This document shows positions 28,879-41,012 of a stretch of DNA of 64,000 nucleotides, piece after piece (position 1 is the first letter of the stretch; the number at the start of each line of letters is the position of its first letter). Under the pieces are notes generated by a model. The model had not been told where the DNA came from and made no database searches. It was given only the letters and a program-made list of their open reading frames with translations. Origin of the DNA: an uncultured delta proteobacterium (GTDB lineage: Bacteria > Myxococcota > B64-G9); contig CAVWHX010000012.1 of the NCBI GenBank assembly GCA_963754925.1, forward strand, positions 115,914-179,913, written 5' to 3'. The position numbers and the translations under genes were made by a program.

Positions 28879-31299
28879 TTAGGGGAAGTCGCGGCGCCCG
28901 GCAAGGATTGCGCCAGACCCGACAGTCAGCGCCGCAGCCAGGTACGCCGACACGCCCAGCGCGAAAACGGCCGTATAGCCCAATGTCATCCCGCATACCA
29001 CCGCGGCAATCGAGCCTACCACGGAGGCAAACCCGTTTATACCCCATGCCCAACTGACTCGTTCGGGATAGCCCGCTTGAAGCCGGCGCACCATAAGCGG
29101 AAACGGCATGCCCATCACAAACCCAATCGGGGCGAGCACCAAGACGGCCAACGCGATGCGCCCGATTTCCGACCACGCGAGCGTCGCCGATACGACGGCC
29201 GGGAACGAAACAGCGCTGATACCCGCGCAGCCTCCCGCCACCAGGCAGGCGAGCAAGGGTGCGGCTTCCCGGCTCAGACGTCGCGACCAGGCGCTGCCCA
29301 AACCAGAACAGATGAGGAGGGTACCGAGGACCGTTGAAAAAACCACCACCGGACGGCCCAGGTACAGCGTCAGGCGTTGGATCAGGCCGACCTCAATGAC
29401 CATGTACGCCAACCCCAGGAAACTGAACGCTAGTAAGGTCCGTAACCGTCCCCTGCCAACCAGCGCCCGTCTCCGAAACAGAAGCAATGGCATGACAATA
29501 AAAAGCGCTGCGAGGAACGTCACCTGGATCAACAAGACGAGAAGCGCCGCCTCAGCCACCGGGCGATCTTCCAACGCCAGCCGAGCGTCAACGCCTTCCG
29601 AAAAGACTCCGAACAGATCTTCAAGCCGCAACTGGTTGAGCGCAACCCGGCGGTTGAAAAACGGGCTGTCGTCGGTTGCAGGCTCCAGGATTGCTGGAAA
29701 AGGCACCGCCACTGAGAATGGATCTTTTGCGGTGACGATTGCTTCGTAGGGCGCTGCTGCAATCCGTCCGGGGAGAAAAAGCGGGATAAGGTTGCGTTGC
29801 TGGAGAAGCCGCTCAAAGGCGCTCACTTCTTCGGGTAGAAACGGTTGGTTACTCCAGGCCAGCCCGGCGTAAAAGCTTTGGCCGGGTCCGGGGGCGCGCC
29901 AGGCCAGGAGGCGCTGTGGCAGGTCTCGATCAGCGTGCGCATCGGACACGACCCGGATGGTCGCGAACAAACGCGGCAGGTGCGCTTCCGGCCTTGTTAC
30001 CACTACCACCCCGGAGGGGTTGAGGTGCTCTCGGTAATCCTCAAACGCTTCTCGCGTCATCAGGTGGTTTTCGGAAAGGCTCAGCGAGCCCGACGCCAGC
30101 GCGGCGTTGGAAATGGTATGCGGCAGATGGATGACGTCAAAGCGCTCGGTCGAGCGCCGTAAAAAAGACCGGGCTTCGTCAGTGATCGCGGTCACGCGCG
30201 GATGTTGATACAGATGGCCGGTATAATTGGCCATGCGCGTGGTCACAAGCTCGTTGATAGTCGGGTTGATCTCCACCGCGGTTACCCGGGCGGCCCCGCT
30301 ACGCACCGCCAGCAACACCTCGCGACCGCCACCCGACCCGACCACCAGAACCTTGGCGGAGGAATACCGGCGAATAAAAAAGGACTCCTCATCGTCGGCC
30401 GGGCCGAGCCGGTCGATCGGCCCTTCGGGATGCGCCAGGCGCGTAACGGCGGTACCGGCGTCGATGAGCACGACCCGCTGCCGCTGGGTCTGGATCACGT
30501 CGATGCGTGAGAGCGTGTTCCACCCGGTGAATAGATGAAAGCGCGGGTCATCCAATACCTGCGCAACCGGCACGCCGCCACCCGTTACCTTATGCTCGCT
30601 GATGCGCACCGGGAACACCTGTTCGGCAACCGGCAGCACCATGAGCAAGAGAGCGCCGAGGACGCCAGCCGCGATAACAAAGGCGCGCCCGGCGTGCCAC
30701 GTCAAGAGTATCGCCCCAACGGCCGCGAGCAGAGCCGCTGCGACGACCGTTCCCGATCCGCCGAGCAGCGGCAAGAGCGGCGCCGCCAGCACGCTGCCCA
30801 CCCCGGCTCCGAGCAAATCAAACAGATAGAGGCGGTGCACCGAGGCGGCATAGCGGCTCAGCACAGCCGCAATCGCGCCGCCTGCTGCGAAGAACGGCGC
30901 TGTCACCGACAGGTAGGCCAGCGTCAGGTACAACCATTGAATCGGCTGGCTGCCGAGGGAAAACGGCTCGAACGGCACCTGGTTGAACAACCAGTAGCCG
31001 CCGGCAAACGCTATCGGCGCAGCCAGGGCAAAGGCGGCGGCCACGCTAGGGCTCGGATTACCGGCGTTGCGTCCGAGCGCCAACACAACACCCGCGAATC
31101 CGAACCCAAATAGCGCGGTTGAGACCACCATGAAGGCAAAGGGGTACCAGAGCGTCACCGAGAGCACCCGGGTTAGGACCACCTCAAGCAGCAGCGTGGC
31201 GGCCGACAACAGCAACAACCCGGGAAATACCATCTTGGGGACAGCGAGGCTGTCAGATCGTTCGTTGTGGTTGCAAGCTTGCAGCGAACCGGTATCCAT
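28879..31299 (-). CDS. Membrane protein with spermidine-synthase-like SAM-binding domain
   Basis: N-terminal TM bundle ([23 protein letters not shown]), [11 protein letters not shown]...AVEINP...DEARSF Rossmann domain, C-terminal TM bundle ([20 protein letters not shown]). Start uncertain. Confidence 0.85.
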   Translation of the reverse strand: MDTGSLQACNHNERSDSLAVPKMVFPGLLLLSAATLLLEVVLTRVLSVTLWYPFAFMVVSTALFGFGFAGVVLALGRNAGNPSPSVAAAFALAAPIAFAGGYWLFNQVPFEPFSLGSQPIQWLYLTLAYLSVTAPFFAAGGAIAAVLSRYAASVHRLYLFDLLGAGVGSVLAAPLLPLLGGSGTVVAAALLAAVGAILLTWHAGRAFVIAAGVLGALLLMVLPVAEQVFPVRISEHKVTGGGVPVAQVLDDPRFHLFTGWNTLSRIDVIQTQRQRVVLIDAGTAVTRLAHPEGPIDRLGPADDEESFFIRRYSSAKVLVVGSGGGREVLLAVRSGAARVTAVEINPTINELVTTRMANYTGHLYQHPRVTAITDEARSFLRRSTERFDVIHLPHTISNAALASGSLSLSENHLMTREAFEDYREHLNPSGVVVVTRPEAHLPRLFATIRVVSDAHADRDLPQRLLAWRAPGPGQSFYAGLAWSNQPFLPEEVSAFERLLQQRNLIPLFLPGRIAAAPYEAIVTAKDPFSVAVPFPAILEPATDDSPFFNRRVALNQLRLEDLFGVFSEGVDARLALEDRPVAEAALLVLLIQVTFLAALFIVMPLLLFRRRALVGRGRLRTLLAFSFLGLAYMVIEVGLIQRLTLYLGRPVVVFSTVLGTLLICSGLGSAWSRRLSREAAPLLACLVAGGCAGISAVSFPAVVSATLAWSEIGRIALAVLVLAPIGFVMGMPFPLMVRRLQAGYPERVSWAWGINGFASVVGSIAAVVCGMTLGYTAVFALGVSAYLAAALTVGSGAILAGRRDFP

Positions 31300-31360
31300 A
31301 GATGTTATCAGTGTACCTACGAAACCAACAGCTGTACAATAATCTGAAAGTGCGGATAAG

Positions 31361-31461
31361 CCCTAAAGGGGTAAGAGATTCTAAACCGCACGCCGTTCGG
31401 TAAGAATCTCTAACCTATAGGACAAGAGACTGTACGCAACGCTTCGCTTGCTACAGTCTCT
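31361..31461. repeat. Two tandem palindromic repeat units
   Basis: Unit 1: CCCT-aa-AGGG, GTA, AGAGATTCT...AGAATCTCT (31374-31411). Unit 2: CCT-at-AGG, ACA, AGAGACTGTA...TACAGTCTCT (to 31461). Confidence 0.7.
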
Positions 31462-31529
31462 AGAAACCACTCCGCAAACTTCTTCGGTTCGAAGCTTAAA
31501 GGCGGTAATAAGAACAGAGTGATCTTAAC

Positions 31530-32009
31530 CTATGGGGTGATTAGATCGACTCGGGCAAAATAATGTACGTACGCGTCAGATACTATCTCGATAAGATGAT
31601 CGCCGGCCTGGCTCACTGTTTTTTCCTGCGAAAATACGCGATCCCCGCCGGCCATGGAAAAGATGTCGTCAACGCCGCCGCTCTGATAGGATTGTATGTT
31701 GCCGCCGCAGCCGGGTTCGTACCAGATGATCGTGGTGTTTTCGCCCGGATTAATCTCTGTTTCGAAAAATAATTTGACTACAATGGTGGTGTTCGCCGGA
31801 GTGGTGACCACAAAGCTGATGGTGCCCGGAAGGTCGCCTTCGATGTAGGTCGACTCCCCCATGAGGCAACCGGCGGTGGTTTCACAAACCGGAATGTTTT
31901 CCTGACAGGACACCTCATCGGCTCCGGCAATGAAATCCCCTTCGTCTAGCCCACAGGCGGATATGAGCAGTAACCCCACGATTGAATAAAAAACTCGTCT
32001 TCGGTTCAC
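31530..32009 (-). CDS. Small lipoprotein, last gene of the Mts-like operon
   Basis: GTG start after GAGG; lipobox ISAC; Cys cluster then beta-sandwich-like sequence. Confidence 0.75.
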   Translation of the reverse strand: MNRRRVFYSIVGLLLISACGLDEGDFIAGADEVSCQENIPVCETTAGCLMGESTYIEGDLPGTISFVVTTPANTTIVVKLFFETEINPGENTTIIWYEPGCGGNIQSYQSGGVDDIFSMAGGDRVFSQEKTVSQAGDHLIEIVSDAYVHYFARVDLITP

Positions 32010-32030
32010 GGCATCCTCACTCGATTGGCC

Positions 32031-32919
32031 TTATTTTAGAACGATTCCCTCCAGGGCCGAGCTTACGTCAATCAATGCCACGGCCTCGGTGGTTTCACCA
32101 TTCGCGATCGTGTGCAACTTTAAAGTTGTGGCGCTTGATTTGAAACCGCCAGTTGGTGCACGTGTCCGACGCCAAGGCTTGAATCGCCTCCGGCGGTATT
32201 TCGACATAACCATCGTCATAAGCGATACACCGCAGTCTGTCATAGGGCGTTGAGGAACCGGCGCCGGGGATGAGGATGACTTCGAAGTAATCCGCCGTAG
32301 AACCTTCCCATTCGACCTTCAAGGGATCTGCCCGATCCAAGGTGATGCCCAGCGAGGGTGCGGTCGAGAGATCTGTCGAACTGAGATTGCCAAGATGTAA
32401 CAGCTTTGGGAAAACCGGCGCATCGATCTGATCATTAAAGCTGGGAAAGTCGTCAGCGCCATTACTCGAGTCCACTACAAACGACACCGGGCCGGTTCCG
32501 AAGGCGCGATCGGCGAGAATAAGGCTGGATCCGTTTGCGTTCACGGAGTGGTCGCCATCGATAAGGCCTTTGACGGTCACGGCATTCACCTGCAAGGTTT
32601 TTGGTTGGGCGCCTTGATCGGGGTTGCTGGTGTAAACAAAACAAGACGCCGAGTATTGGTCACGCTGGGCAAGCTGCACTTGAACGCCGGTGAAATCCCT
32701 AAACTGGGCACTCACCGAGGTGCTGTGGTCGGCCCCGGCGCCGACCACCTCCAGTTCGTCAACACCTAAATTTCCAATCCAATCGGTGCCAAAGCTGTAG
32801 TCCTCTGGATATAGCGCCGGCATTCCTTCGCGAACATGTTTTTCAGAACTACAACCGATTACTACACTAAAAATCAGCAGCCCTACCCAGAAACTATTTA
32901 CGAATTTTTCATGTATCAT
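32031..32919 (-). CDS. Uncharacterised lipoprotein, frameshifted near 32120
   Basis: Lipobox VIGC; LRCIAYDDGYVEIPPEAIQAL; removing one A gives ...KRHNFKLHTIANGETTEAVALIDVSSALEGIVLK* ending at 32031. Confidence 0.7.
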
Positions 32920-32951
32920 TCTTTTCCTTGCTTGAGCGTACCGCACACTTT

Positions 32952-35598
32952 TTATTGTTCTGTAACCATAAAGAAATCAGCGTCGGTCAGTGGGACCTCG
33001 GCCACATTGGGGTCTTTCTTATTGTTGTAATAGCGGATCTGCACCTGCGCCTCGCGGAAAATGGAATAGGACGTCTGGTTATTCAGCGGGACCTGGGCTA
33101 AATAGATAAAAATGTTATTATAGCCCGGTCCGAAACCCGGCGTCGTCTCAAGCGTCTCGACCAGACTTATGTTTTCTACCTTGAAGCTGATGCAGTTTTT
33201 CTGGGCCACGCCCACCACAATGCTATCTTGGAGCAGGCAGTACGTATTGGCCGGACAATTCGCGTCGGACATGCAACTGGTGTGGTTCGGATCCCCTTGA
33301 CACCAGAAACCTGACTGCGGCAGTTGAGTCACATCGACCTTTACCGAGATCCAGGCCGGCTTGGTGCTTGTATCAACACGCAGGCCGTTGGAACAGGTAT
33401 CGCCCTGACAGGGCGATCCGGAAGTGCAGATTCCGGACTCCGGATCGCAGCTGAGCCCGCCGGTACAGGTAGTATTGATACAGCGGTCGGTCAGGCATTC
33501 ATGGAGCAAGGAATCGCACTGCTGACCCACATCGCACTCCGCCTTGATGCAATCAAAATTGCAATTTCCCGTCGTTTGATCGCACGTCTCGGTTGAGGTG
33601 CAGGTAACACTCACGCACTTATCGGGGCTGCACCCGTATAGCGGATCGCACCAGTCCCCGGTGGGGCATCCGACGGGACAATCTTTTACGCAGCCGCAGG
33701 CGGTGTACAACAATAGGTCGCCGGAAGCGGTGATGGCGACCTCGGAACCATCCGTAACGGAGCCTTGATCGCGCCACGATAGGGTCGGGTTGGCGCGTAC
33801 CTGTCCATTCGCGGTATGGGTACCCTGGGGGTGGAACGTCAGCCAGCCGACGCCGATCGCTGACCGGGCGGAAACATCGAGAATGGTTACCCCGCTGATC
33901 AGTTGCGGTTGGCTGGTGAAGGTCTTGGTCACCATTCCCTCATCGGTTACCTGGTAAAAATACGCTTTGGAGCGCTCGCGAGCGTCGTACGCTTCCGGAT
34001 CGGTGTGCTGTTGCAACTCGTCTCCGTTGCTCACGCCGTCCATATCGTCGTCGTTGAGAGCGTCATTCACGAGGGGGTTGGTGCCGTTTTAACCTCGATC
34101 CCATCCGGGTAGCCGTCCCGATCGGTGTCGAACAAGGTCGGATCGGTGCCGATGATCCTTTCTTCGCAGTCATTGAGCCCGTCTCCGTCCGAATCAGGGT
34201 AGGGACGTTCCAGGTCCGCACATACCTCCGGCAAATCGAAACGCAACGGATCGAGGTTCAGGCTGGCATAGAGCATTTCGATTAGATCGTTGATTCCGTC
34301 GCCATCCGTGTCGGCATTTGCCGGATCGGTGTCGGTGCCCGTTGGATGGTCGGGGGTCCAAACGTCCAGGGTGCAATCGCAGTTATAGATATTGGTACAC
34401 TGGCCGGTCAGGATCTCGTGGTAGCATACCTCTTGACGATCGGTTAGACCATCGCCGTCGCTGTCAGGTTGGTCATCCCCGTTTTGGAATTTGGAGTTAT
34501 AATTGCTTACCAGGAAAACCTTTTTGACAAATGCACTTATGGTGGTGGTGAAGCTGAGCGACCCGAACGTGATATAATCGCCCAGCACAAAACGCAGGAA
34601 ATTACCGGTCCCGGCTGCAGACATGGCTTTTAATAAATAAGCGGCTTTATCATTATTTGCGGCGTTGGGGTCGGTACACAGATAGGTAGGGCAGCAATCA
34701 TGCCCCTGAACACAAGTCAAGGCAGGATTATTGCTGCAAAGCGATAGCGACTGGCATTGGCCCGGGGGGGCGCAATCGTTGGCCGCGAGTTGACAGGTCT
34801 GGCCGTGGGCATTTGAGCAGACAGGTTGCGGCGAGTAACAGACCTCATCGCCGGCGCACTGCGTCGAGCAGGTGTTGTCAGAGTCGCAGTATTTAATGGC
34901 GCTGGCCGTTGCACAGGTGCCTGGTTGGTCGTCGAGCAGAGCGGTGTGGAAAGCAAATTCGGCCAACCCGTTGTTTTTGCCGAAGGTCGCCATATCCGCA
35001 ACCGCATTCCGTAGCTGACATTCGTCATCGCAACTTTGCCCGTTGACGGTGGCGGGCGAAAGAGGCGGGTTTGGCGGCCCATTGGTTAAAAGATAAAGAT
35101 ATAGCGGGTTCGCGAGCGAACGCCGGTGCTGCTGCTAAGCAAATCGCCGGTATAGATACTCGATGCCAACGACAAGGCCGACGCCCAGTCGCGCTGTCCC
35201 GAAGCATTGTAGACGCCGAGATCAAAGACTGCCTCCTTAAGTTGCGTCTGATCTTGCGTGTAGCCCGTGGTCAGCTGTTTGGTTTGGTCTGAGAAGGTGA
35301 TGATCGAAAAGCTGTAGTTTGACGAGGATGAATATTGATTAAGAATATCTTGAACCGCGCTGGCGCGGTGATTATTCGGATCGTCGGCGAACATCGTCGC
35401 CGAGTTGTCGATGATAAACATCAGGCGCACCGGGAATTGTCGTTGAGCGGGATCGTCCGTGCAGACCTCGCCGGATACGGCGATCTTGTTGGGGAGGTTG
35501 GGTTCGACACTCTTGTTATAGAGATTGGTGTCGGTGCAGGATCCGAGCACCGTCCCAACCACCCAACACCATGATAAGACATTAGTCGCTTGGAACAT
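32952..35598 (-). CDS. VWA-domain lipoprotein with Ca-binding DxDxDG repeats and Cys-rich inserts (Mts-like paralog 3); two frameshifts (~35089, ~34088)
   Basis: ORFs 35086-35598, 34067-34993 and 32952-34070 join by adding one T to TTTT and one A to AAAA; LGSC-TDT, FPVRLMFIIDNSATM, DSDGDGL repeats, CISFKVENISLVET...GYNNI shared with the two paralogs. Confidence 0.82.
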
Positions 35599-35633
35599 GT
35601 CTGCTCCTCATAACCTTCCTATTCATTGATATT

Positions 35634-37708
35634 CTAACATTTGCTTTCATCACAAAGCGATGGATTCGGGTTAGGATTCTGTGAGGTTGGACAAGCATAA
35701 CAGTTACAAGTGGGCTTACAGGTTCCGCAGATTAATGGGCAACCAGGGACGACCGTTATCGTTAGGGTGTACGGATTGGAATAATCATAAATTGTTCGAT
35801 CGGAGTGTTGAACCCTCAAGTACAATGGCCTCTTGTCCTGGTATTCTCCGCAGATATACGCGCACTCACCAATGCCAATAGTACCGGAACCGGTTCCCGG
35901 ATGATGCCAGCTCATGAGCTCATCGGAGTCTTGCAAGCTTCCGCTCATAAAGAGTTCGAGATTGAGGTCGATGACGCTACTACTGTTGGTCCAAGCGATC
36001 TGGAATCCCCAATCCACTTTTGTGCTCATCCCCAAAGGAGCGGCTTCAGCCTGGTCTGGAATTCCATCTAACTCGTACCAGTCTTGATCGCCGCGGAAGG
36101 AAAGGTATCCAGTAATTGGAGCGCAGACATAGTCAGCACCGCTAAGGCTACAGTTAATTTTCGTCGCATACTTCAGGTTCATCCCGCGCAGGTCTTGATC
36201 CTGTTGTTCGGTGGCATAGGGCAAATACAACCCATTATTTTCATTTGTGTCATTTTCAGTACGTACGGTCGCCGTTATTGAATAAGGGTTCGTCGCATCG
36301 TAATGTTGCCCCTGGAAGTCTCGCACGAATAGGTAATAGTCGCTTCCATACATGGGTGCGACGGTCTGTAAATGCCGGGGATTTCCCGATACGCTCCAAT
36401 CTTGTAGAGGATCACTCGATGCGGTCATGATCAACGGACGAATCGCGCAATATCCCGAAGGAAGGCAGACACCCCCACCCTGACAATTGTTGTCAGTGGT
36501 GCACTGTCCGGTGAAACACCTTGGATCTTGGCATGAAAAAGATAATTCGGCGCAGGTATCACCTGCAACACAAGTAGTAGTGTTGTCGGAGAGTAACAGA
36601 TCGGCGGCTGGAGTTATAGCGCTTCCAGACGGGAAATTAACATCGATTTCCAACAGTTTCGGCTGACTCAAATTAACAACAGTCGGATCAATTGATATTA
36701 TATACCAGTCCTCGTCTCCCCGCGAGGCGATATAAGCGTCAACAATTGCCGCGCCGCTGGAGATCGGTGAAGCATACGCCGGCGAGTTGTTGCCGTTCGT
36801 GCTTCGATCGCGCGGGTCCGGGTTCTGTACCAGGTTCAACGTCAAGGTGTAGCCGACCGTTGTGGATGAGACGTCATCCTGCTTGTCCTTGATCACGATG
36901 TAGTAGGTTCCGGCCTGCGGAAGCGCCAGCATGTCATTAATGTTTATCGGATTGTTCTCATCGTACGCATCGCCCGAATTCAGCGGGGTGAGGTCCGGCA
37001 GATACACATCATACTCTAAATCCAACTCCGAGGCGGCGTCCGTGGTCAATCCTATCTGCAGCATCTGGTCTGTTCCGCTGACATCGATCTTGAACCAGTC
37101 TTGATCGCCGAGATAGGAAATATAACCCTTTATACCTATCCCTGCCGTCACCGGGGTAGCATGATCCTTATCATTGTTGGGTTCGTTAGTGTCCGGATCA
37201 ACAACCTGATCGATACTAATCAGGTATGGATTGCGGCTGTCTTGCCCGCCGCTATTGGCGTAGACCATTATGAAATATATTCCGCTAACGCTGATATTGT
37301 ATGTTGCTTGCAGATCGATCTGACCCTGCACATCGCCGCGACACTGGGTTCCCAGTGTCTGGGTATGATCGGTGTCCGGAATGATCGAGTAGCATAGATC
37401 GAGTTGCGATGTCGTTACGTTGTTCCACAGGTGGACCAACACGATGGTGTTCGGATTATCCGTCTAAACCAAAAGTAATCTTTGTCCCCTGCCGGGCAAA
37501 TATAGCCGGGAGCAGAATCGATGCCGGGCGTGAGCTCCCAGGCAGGATCAGGCTGACCGGTATACACCATGGATGAGTTGTCGACCTGGCATGCGCCGTA
37601 TTGATTGCCTCCCCCATCGTTAGAGCTGTTGCTCTTTCCACTGCATCCAAGAAACATAACAAGAGTAATCGCCGCGCCACCGATGACCGGTATGGAGAGT
37701 CGCTTCAT
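35634..37708 (-). CDS. MtsF-like lipoprotein with repeated pre-peptidase C-terminal-like domains; frameshift near 37465
   Basis: Lipobox FLGC; repeats GYICPAGDKDYF, GYISYLGDQDWF, AYIASRGDEDWY, GYLSFRGDQDWY; DTNEPNN motifs; one missing base joins 37415-37708 to 35634-37442. Confidence 0.72.
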
Positions 37709-37771
37709 AATTATTCAAACCTCCTAGCTTACGAACCAACCTATTCGAACGTTAGGCAATCCCGATTCGGG

Positions 37772-40700
37772 TCAAACGCAATCGGTGCAGCGCTTCTGAT
37801 CGGTCGAGTTCATCGGGATGCAACGGCCTTGGCAGCGCGAGTGCGGGCAGTCGCTGTCGCTGCCGCAAGGCTTGATGCACGTGCCTGCCGTGCCGCTGGG
37901 AATGTTGCACTCCCATCCCGCGCCGAGCTTTTGACAGGGACTCGCGTCGGTGCTGGTGCACGCCACCTCGACCGGGTAATTGCAGGTGCCCACCGACGCG
38001 TTGCACTGGTAGAAGGGACAATCTTGATCGCTCTGGCAGGCCTCGGCTGCCGCCGTGTCGCAGGCGCCAAGACCGGTTGTCCGCGAGCACATCCCCACGT
38101 TGCAGTTGTTGTCGTTGTTTTCAGTGGCGGGGTTGCAGGTCTTGGTGGAATCATTGATACACGTGTTGTCAGGCGTCTTACAAAACGTTTGCGGACATTC
38201 CAACGAGTTGGTGCATGCTGTGGCGGGACTGTTGCTGCATGCATAGGAAACCTGACATATGTTGGGAAAACAGTCGTCGGCGGTGGTGCAGCTCGCAGGG
38301 GGATTCGTCGACGAGCAGTACATCGCCTCGGGATTTTGAGGATCGTTTTCGGAAATACACGCATTGACCGGGCAATCGGTATTGCTGGCGCAGGCGACCT
38401 TTTGGCCGTTCTGCAAAAACGTGCAGGTATGCACCACGAGCGAGCAGAAATCAACCGGGCAGTCGATATCCAGGCTACAGGGCTTTCCCACCACCGAGTT
38501 GCAGGTGAAACCGCGGTCGCCGCGGCAATCGGTGTTCCCGGTACAGGCGGGACCCATGCAAAAACCAAGCACCGGCTCGCAATGTTGATGCGAACAGTCC
38601 AGTGAACTCATGCAGGGTTGAGTTCGACAGCGGCCCACCGCCGCGTCGCAGGGTTGCAGCGGACAATCTGTGTCCGCCGTGCACGCAACACCCTGGCAGG
38701 AACCGCCCAAATGACTAAGGCAATGATGCGCGACGCAGAAGGCACTATCGCAACTTTCCGTCCAGGATGAGGTGCAGTCGGAGGCCACCGCACAGGGCTG
38801 CCGGCAGCTCTGGTTCTGACAGACAAAGCCTGCGGGACAGACGGTGGCTGCCGTTGCCGGGGTACAGGGAATCCAATTTTCCGTGCTATCGGGTTCACAG
38901 GTCTCACCGGGATTGCAATCGCTCGGATTCTGACACGGCACCCGACACGATCCCACCAAGCAATCCGGAGTCATGCGCGCACTGACTTGGTTGGGGGGAC
39001 AGGCGTTGGTAGGGCTGCAGGCGGCGTAGGGTGGAATACATTCGCGCTGAGGACATTGACCGTTCACCGGTATCGAGTGGCTCGCGTCCGTGCAGAGGTT
39101 GGTAGCCGGATCAACCGAAAAGAACGGGCAGTCGCTGTCGCTAAGGCAGGCGGCGGCCACCGGATAGGAGCACGTTCCCTGCCCGGCGTTTATTGTTTTT
39201 ACGCAGGAATAATTTGGGCAGGGAGTTTTACTGTCGCAGGCGTTGCCGAGCAGGTCGACGCACGTGTAGTTGCTCGGATCGCATTCTTGATAAGGACAGT
39301 CGGCATCCGATTGACAACTCGTGCCTGCCGGCCGCTTGAAGTCCTTCTGCTCAAAGGTGACCACTCCCGAGGGCGGCACTTTTATATCCGGCCCCGGTGA
39401 ACCTTGAATGTAGCGCGCCCGGGCGCACGCCACCCGAAAGATTCCTTGGTCCGTGGTGTTGTCAAGAGGCGCTTGACCGACATACACCATGATGTTGTTA
39501 TAACCCCGCTGGGTCGATCCGACCATGGTCTCCGTAGGCATGAGCGTAATATTGTCGACCTGAAAATTGTAGCACATCCGGCCCTGGAAAACGCCCGGTA
39601 AGCGGCTCAGCTGATATCGATAGGCATATTTCGAAAACCACTCCGCGTCGGGTACGGTGGGGTTGGTATGCCAAGCAATCTCCCTGCCGTTGGACGATCC
39701 GTCGAAATCCATATCCAATTCAGTGTCATTCACGAGCGGATTGGTCCCCCCGCGCACCTCAATAAAATCAGAAATACCGTCGCCGTCGGTGTCGAAGAGC
39801 TGCGGGTCGGTGCCGAGCATGCGTTCCTCGCAGTCCCGCAGGCCGTCGCCGTCGCTATCCAACCGATCGAGGGCCGACTTGCAGTCCGCGTCGTTCGGAT
39901 TCAACGGGTCGAAACCCGACTGGCGCAAACGATACTCCAGGAAATCGCTAAATCCATCGCCATCGGTATCCGGATTACCCACGGCCGTGCCCAGCGTGCG
40001 CTCAAGAGAATCCACCAGACCGTCGCCGTCGGTGTCCACGCCGTCGGATAACGGAGTCCAGGTTTGGCTCGCGTTCATGTTATAGGCCATGAAGGAGTTA
40101 TCCTTGATCGAGTACGTGCGCTTGACCGAGGTATAGTCGACGTTAAGGAAATTGATCTCCTCCCCGTTGCTGAAATTACGGAACGTCCCTCCGCCGATTT
40201 GAGCCATATCCTTGAGCAATTGCTCTGCTTGTTGGAGCACGTCGGCCGGCATGTCGGTCGATAACAATGCGGTGTTGAACGTGAAGGCGGCCACCCCAAA
40301 CGTCTCGGGCAGATTCATCATATCTTTGAGAGCGCTCTCGATGGAATCCGGCGTATTCACCTGGTTGATGTAATCAACCGGGTAAGGGAGACCATCGCTG
40401 ATGAAGATCACCACATATTTCGTGCGTTTGCGGTCGCCGCTTGAGGAAATAGTCATGTCCATCGCCAACGTGGTCTCGGCCAACCCAATGGCTGACTGGT
40501 AGGATGTGTTGCCGCTCGCCGGTTGGAGGGCATTGACTGCCTTCAGGAGCGGGGCGAGATCGTTGATGAACCCAACCTGGTCGGCAATACCATCGCCGTT
40601 GGTGTCGACTTGGGTCTCTACGTCTGCGGTCGAATCAAAACGTATGATCGCGAATGACACCCCCGGATCATAGCGGTATTTCGCGATAACATCCCAGACC

Positions 40701-40972
40701 GCCTGAACGCGGCCCGACCAACGGTTCGGAGCAGGCGGCGGATCGGTGACATTCATGCTCTGAGAGCAATCGACGATGAACATGATTTTTACGGGATAGC
40801 TCAACTCATCGGGACTCTCGGTGCAGAATTCGCCTTTGACCGTTAGCTTATTATCGAGTTCTTTCGTTCCCAGGCCCGGGGATTCGAATACATCGGTATC
40901 AGTGCATGCCGGCTGCACCAGCGCCAAACCCAGCATGGTCATGAGCATCAGGAGTAAAAATGATCGTCTCAC
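37772..40972 (-). CDS. VWA-domain lipoprotein with Ca-binding repeats and ~500-aa Cys-rich C-terminal tail (Mts-like paralog 2)
   Basis: QPAC-TDT; MIDAS DCSQS...T...SDG; DTDGDG repeats; many CxxDxDC modules; AGGAGG SD before GTG. Confidence 0.88.
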   Translation of the reverse strand: MRRSFLLLMLMTMLGLALVQPACTDTDVFESPGLGTKELDNKLTVKGEFCTESPDELSYPVKIMFIVDCSQSMNVTDPPPAPNRWSGRVQAVWDVIAKYRYDPGVSFAIIRFDSTADVETQVDTNGDGIADQVGFINDLAPLLKAVNALQPASGNTSYQSAIGLAETTLAMDMTISSSGDRKRTKYVVIFISDGLPYPVDYINQVNTPDSIESALKDMMNLPETFGVAAFTFNTALLSTDMPADVLQQAEQLLKDMAQIGGGTFRNFSNGEEINFLNVDYTSVKRTYSIKDNSFMAYNMNASQTWTPLSDGVDTDGDGLVDSLERTLGTAVGNPDTDGDGFSDFLEYRLRQSGFDPLNPNDADCKSALDRLDSDGDGLRDCEERMLGTDPQLFDTDGDGISDFIEVRGGTNPLVNDTELDMDFDGSSNGREIAWHTNPTVPDAEWFSKYAYRYQLSRLPGVFQGRMCYNFQVDNITLMPTETMVGSTQRGYNNIMVYVGQAPLDNTTDQGIFRVACARARYIQGSPGPDIKVPPSGVVTFEQKDFKRPAGTSCQSDADCPYQECDPSNYTCVDLLGNACDSKTPCPNYSCVKTINAGQGTCSYPVAAACLSDSDCPFFSVDPATNLCTDASHSIPVNGQCPQRECIPPYAACSPTNACPPNQVSARMTPDCLVGSCRVPCQNPSDCNPGETCEPDSTENWIPCTPATAATVCPAGFVCQNQSCRQPCAVASDCTSSWTESCDSAFCVAHHCLSHLGGSCQGVACTADTDCPLQPCDAAVGRCRTQPCMSSLDCSHQHCEPVLGFCMGPACTGNTDCRGDRGFTCNSVVGKPCSLDIDCPVDFCSLVVHTCTFLQNGQKVACASNTDCPVNACISENDPQNPEAMYCSSTNPPASCTTADDCFPNICQVSYACSNSPATACTNSLECPQTFCKTPDNTCINDSTKTCNPATENNDNNCNVGMCSRTTGLGACDTAAAEACQSDQDCPFYQCNASVGTCNYPVEVACTSTDASPCQKLGAGWECNIPSGTAGTCIKPCGSDSDCPHSRCQGRCIPMNSTDQKRCTDCV

Positions 40973-41012
40973 GAACCAATCCTCCTATGCGTATTACTAA
41001 CTATGCGTATCC

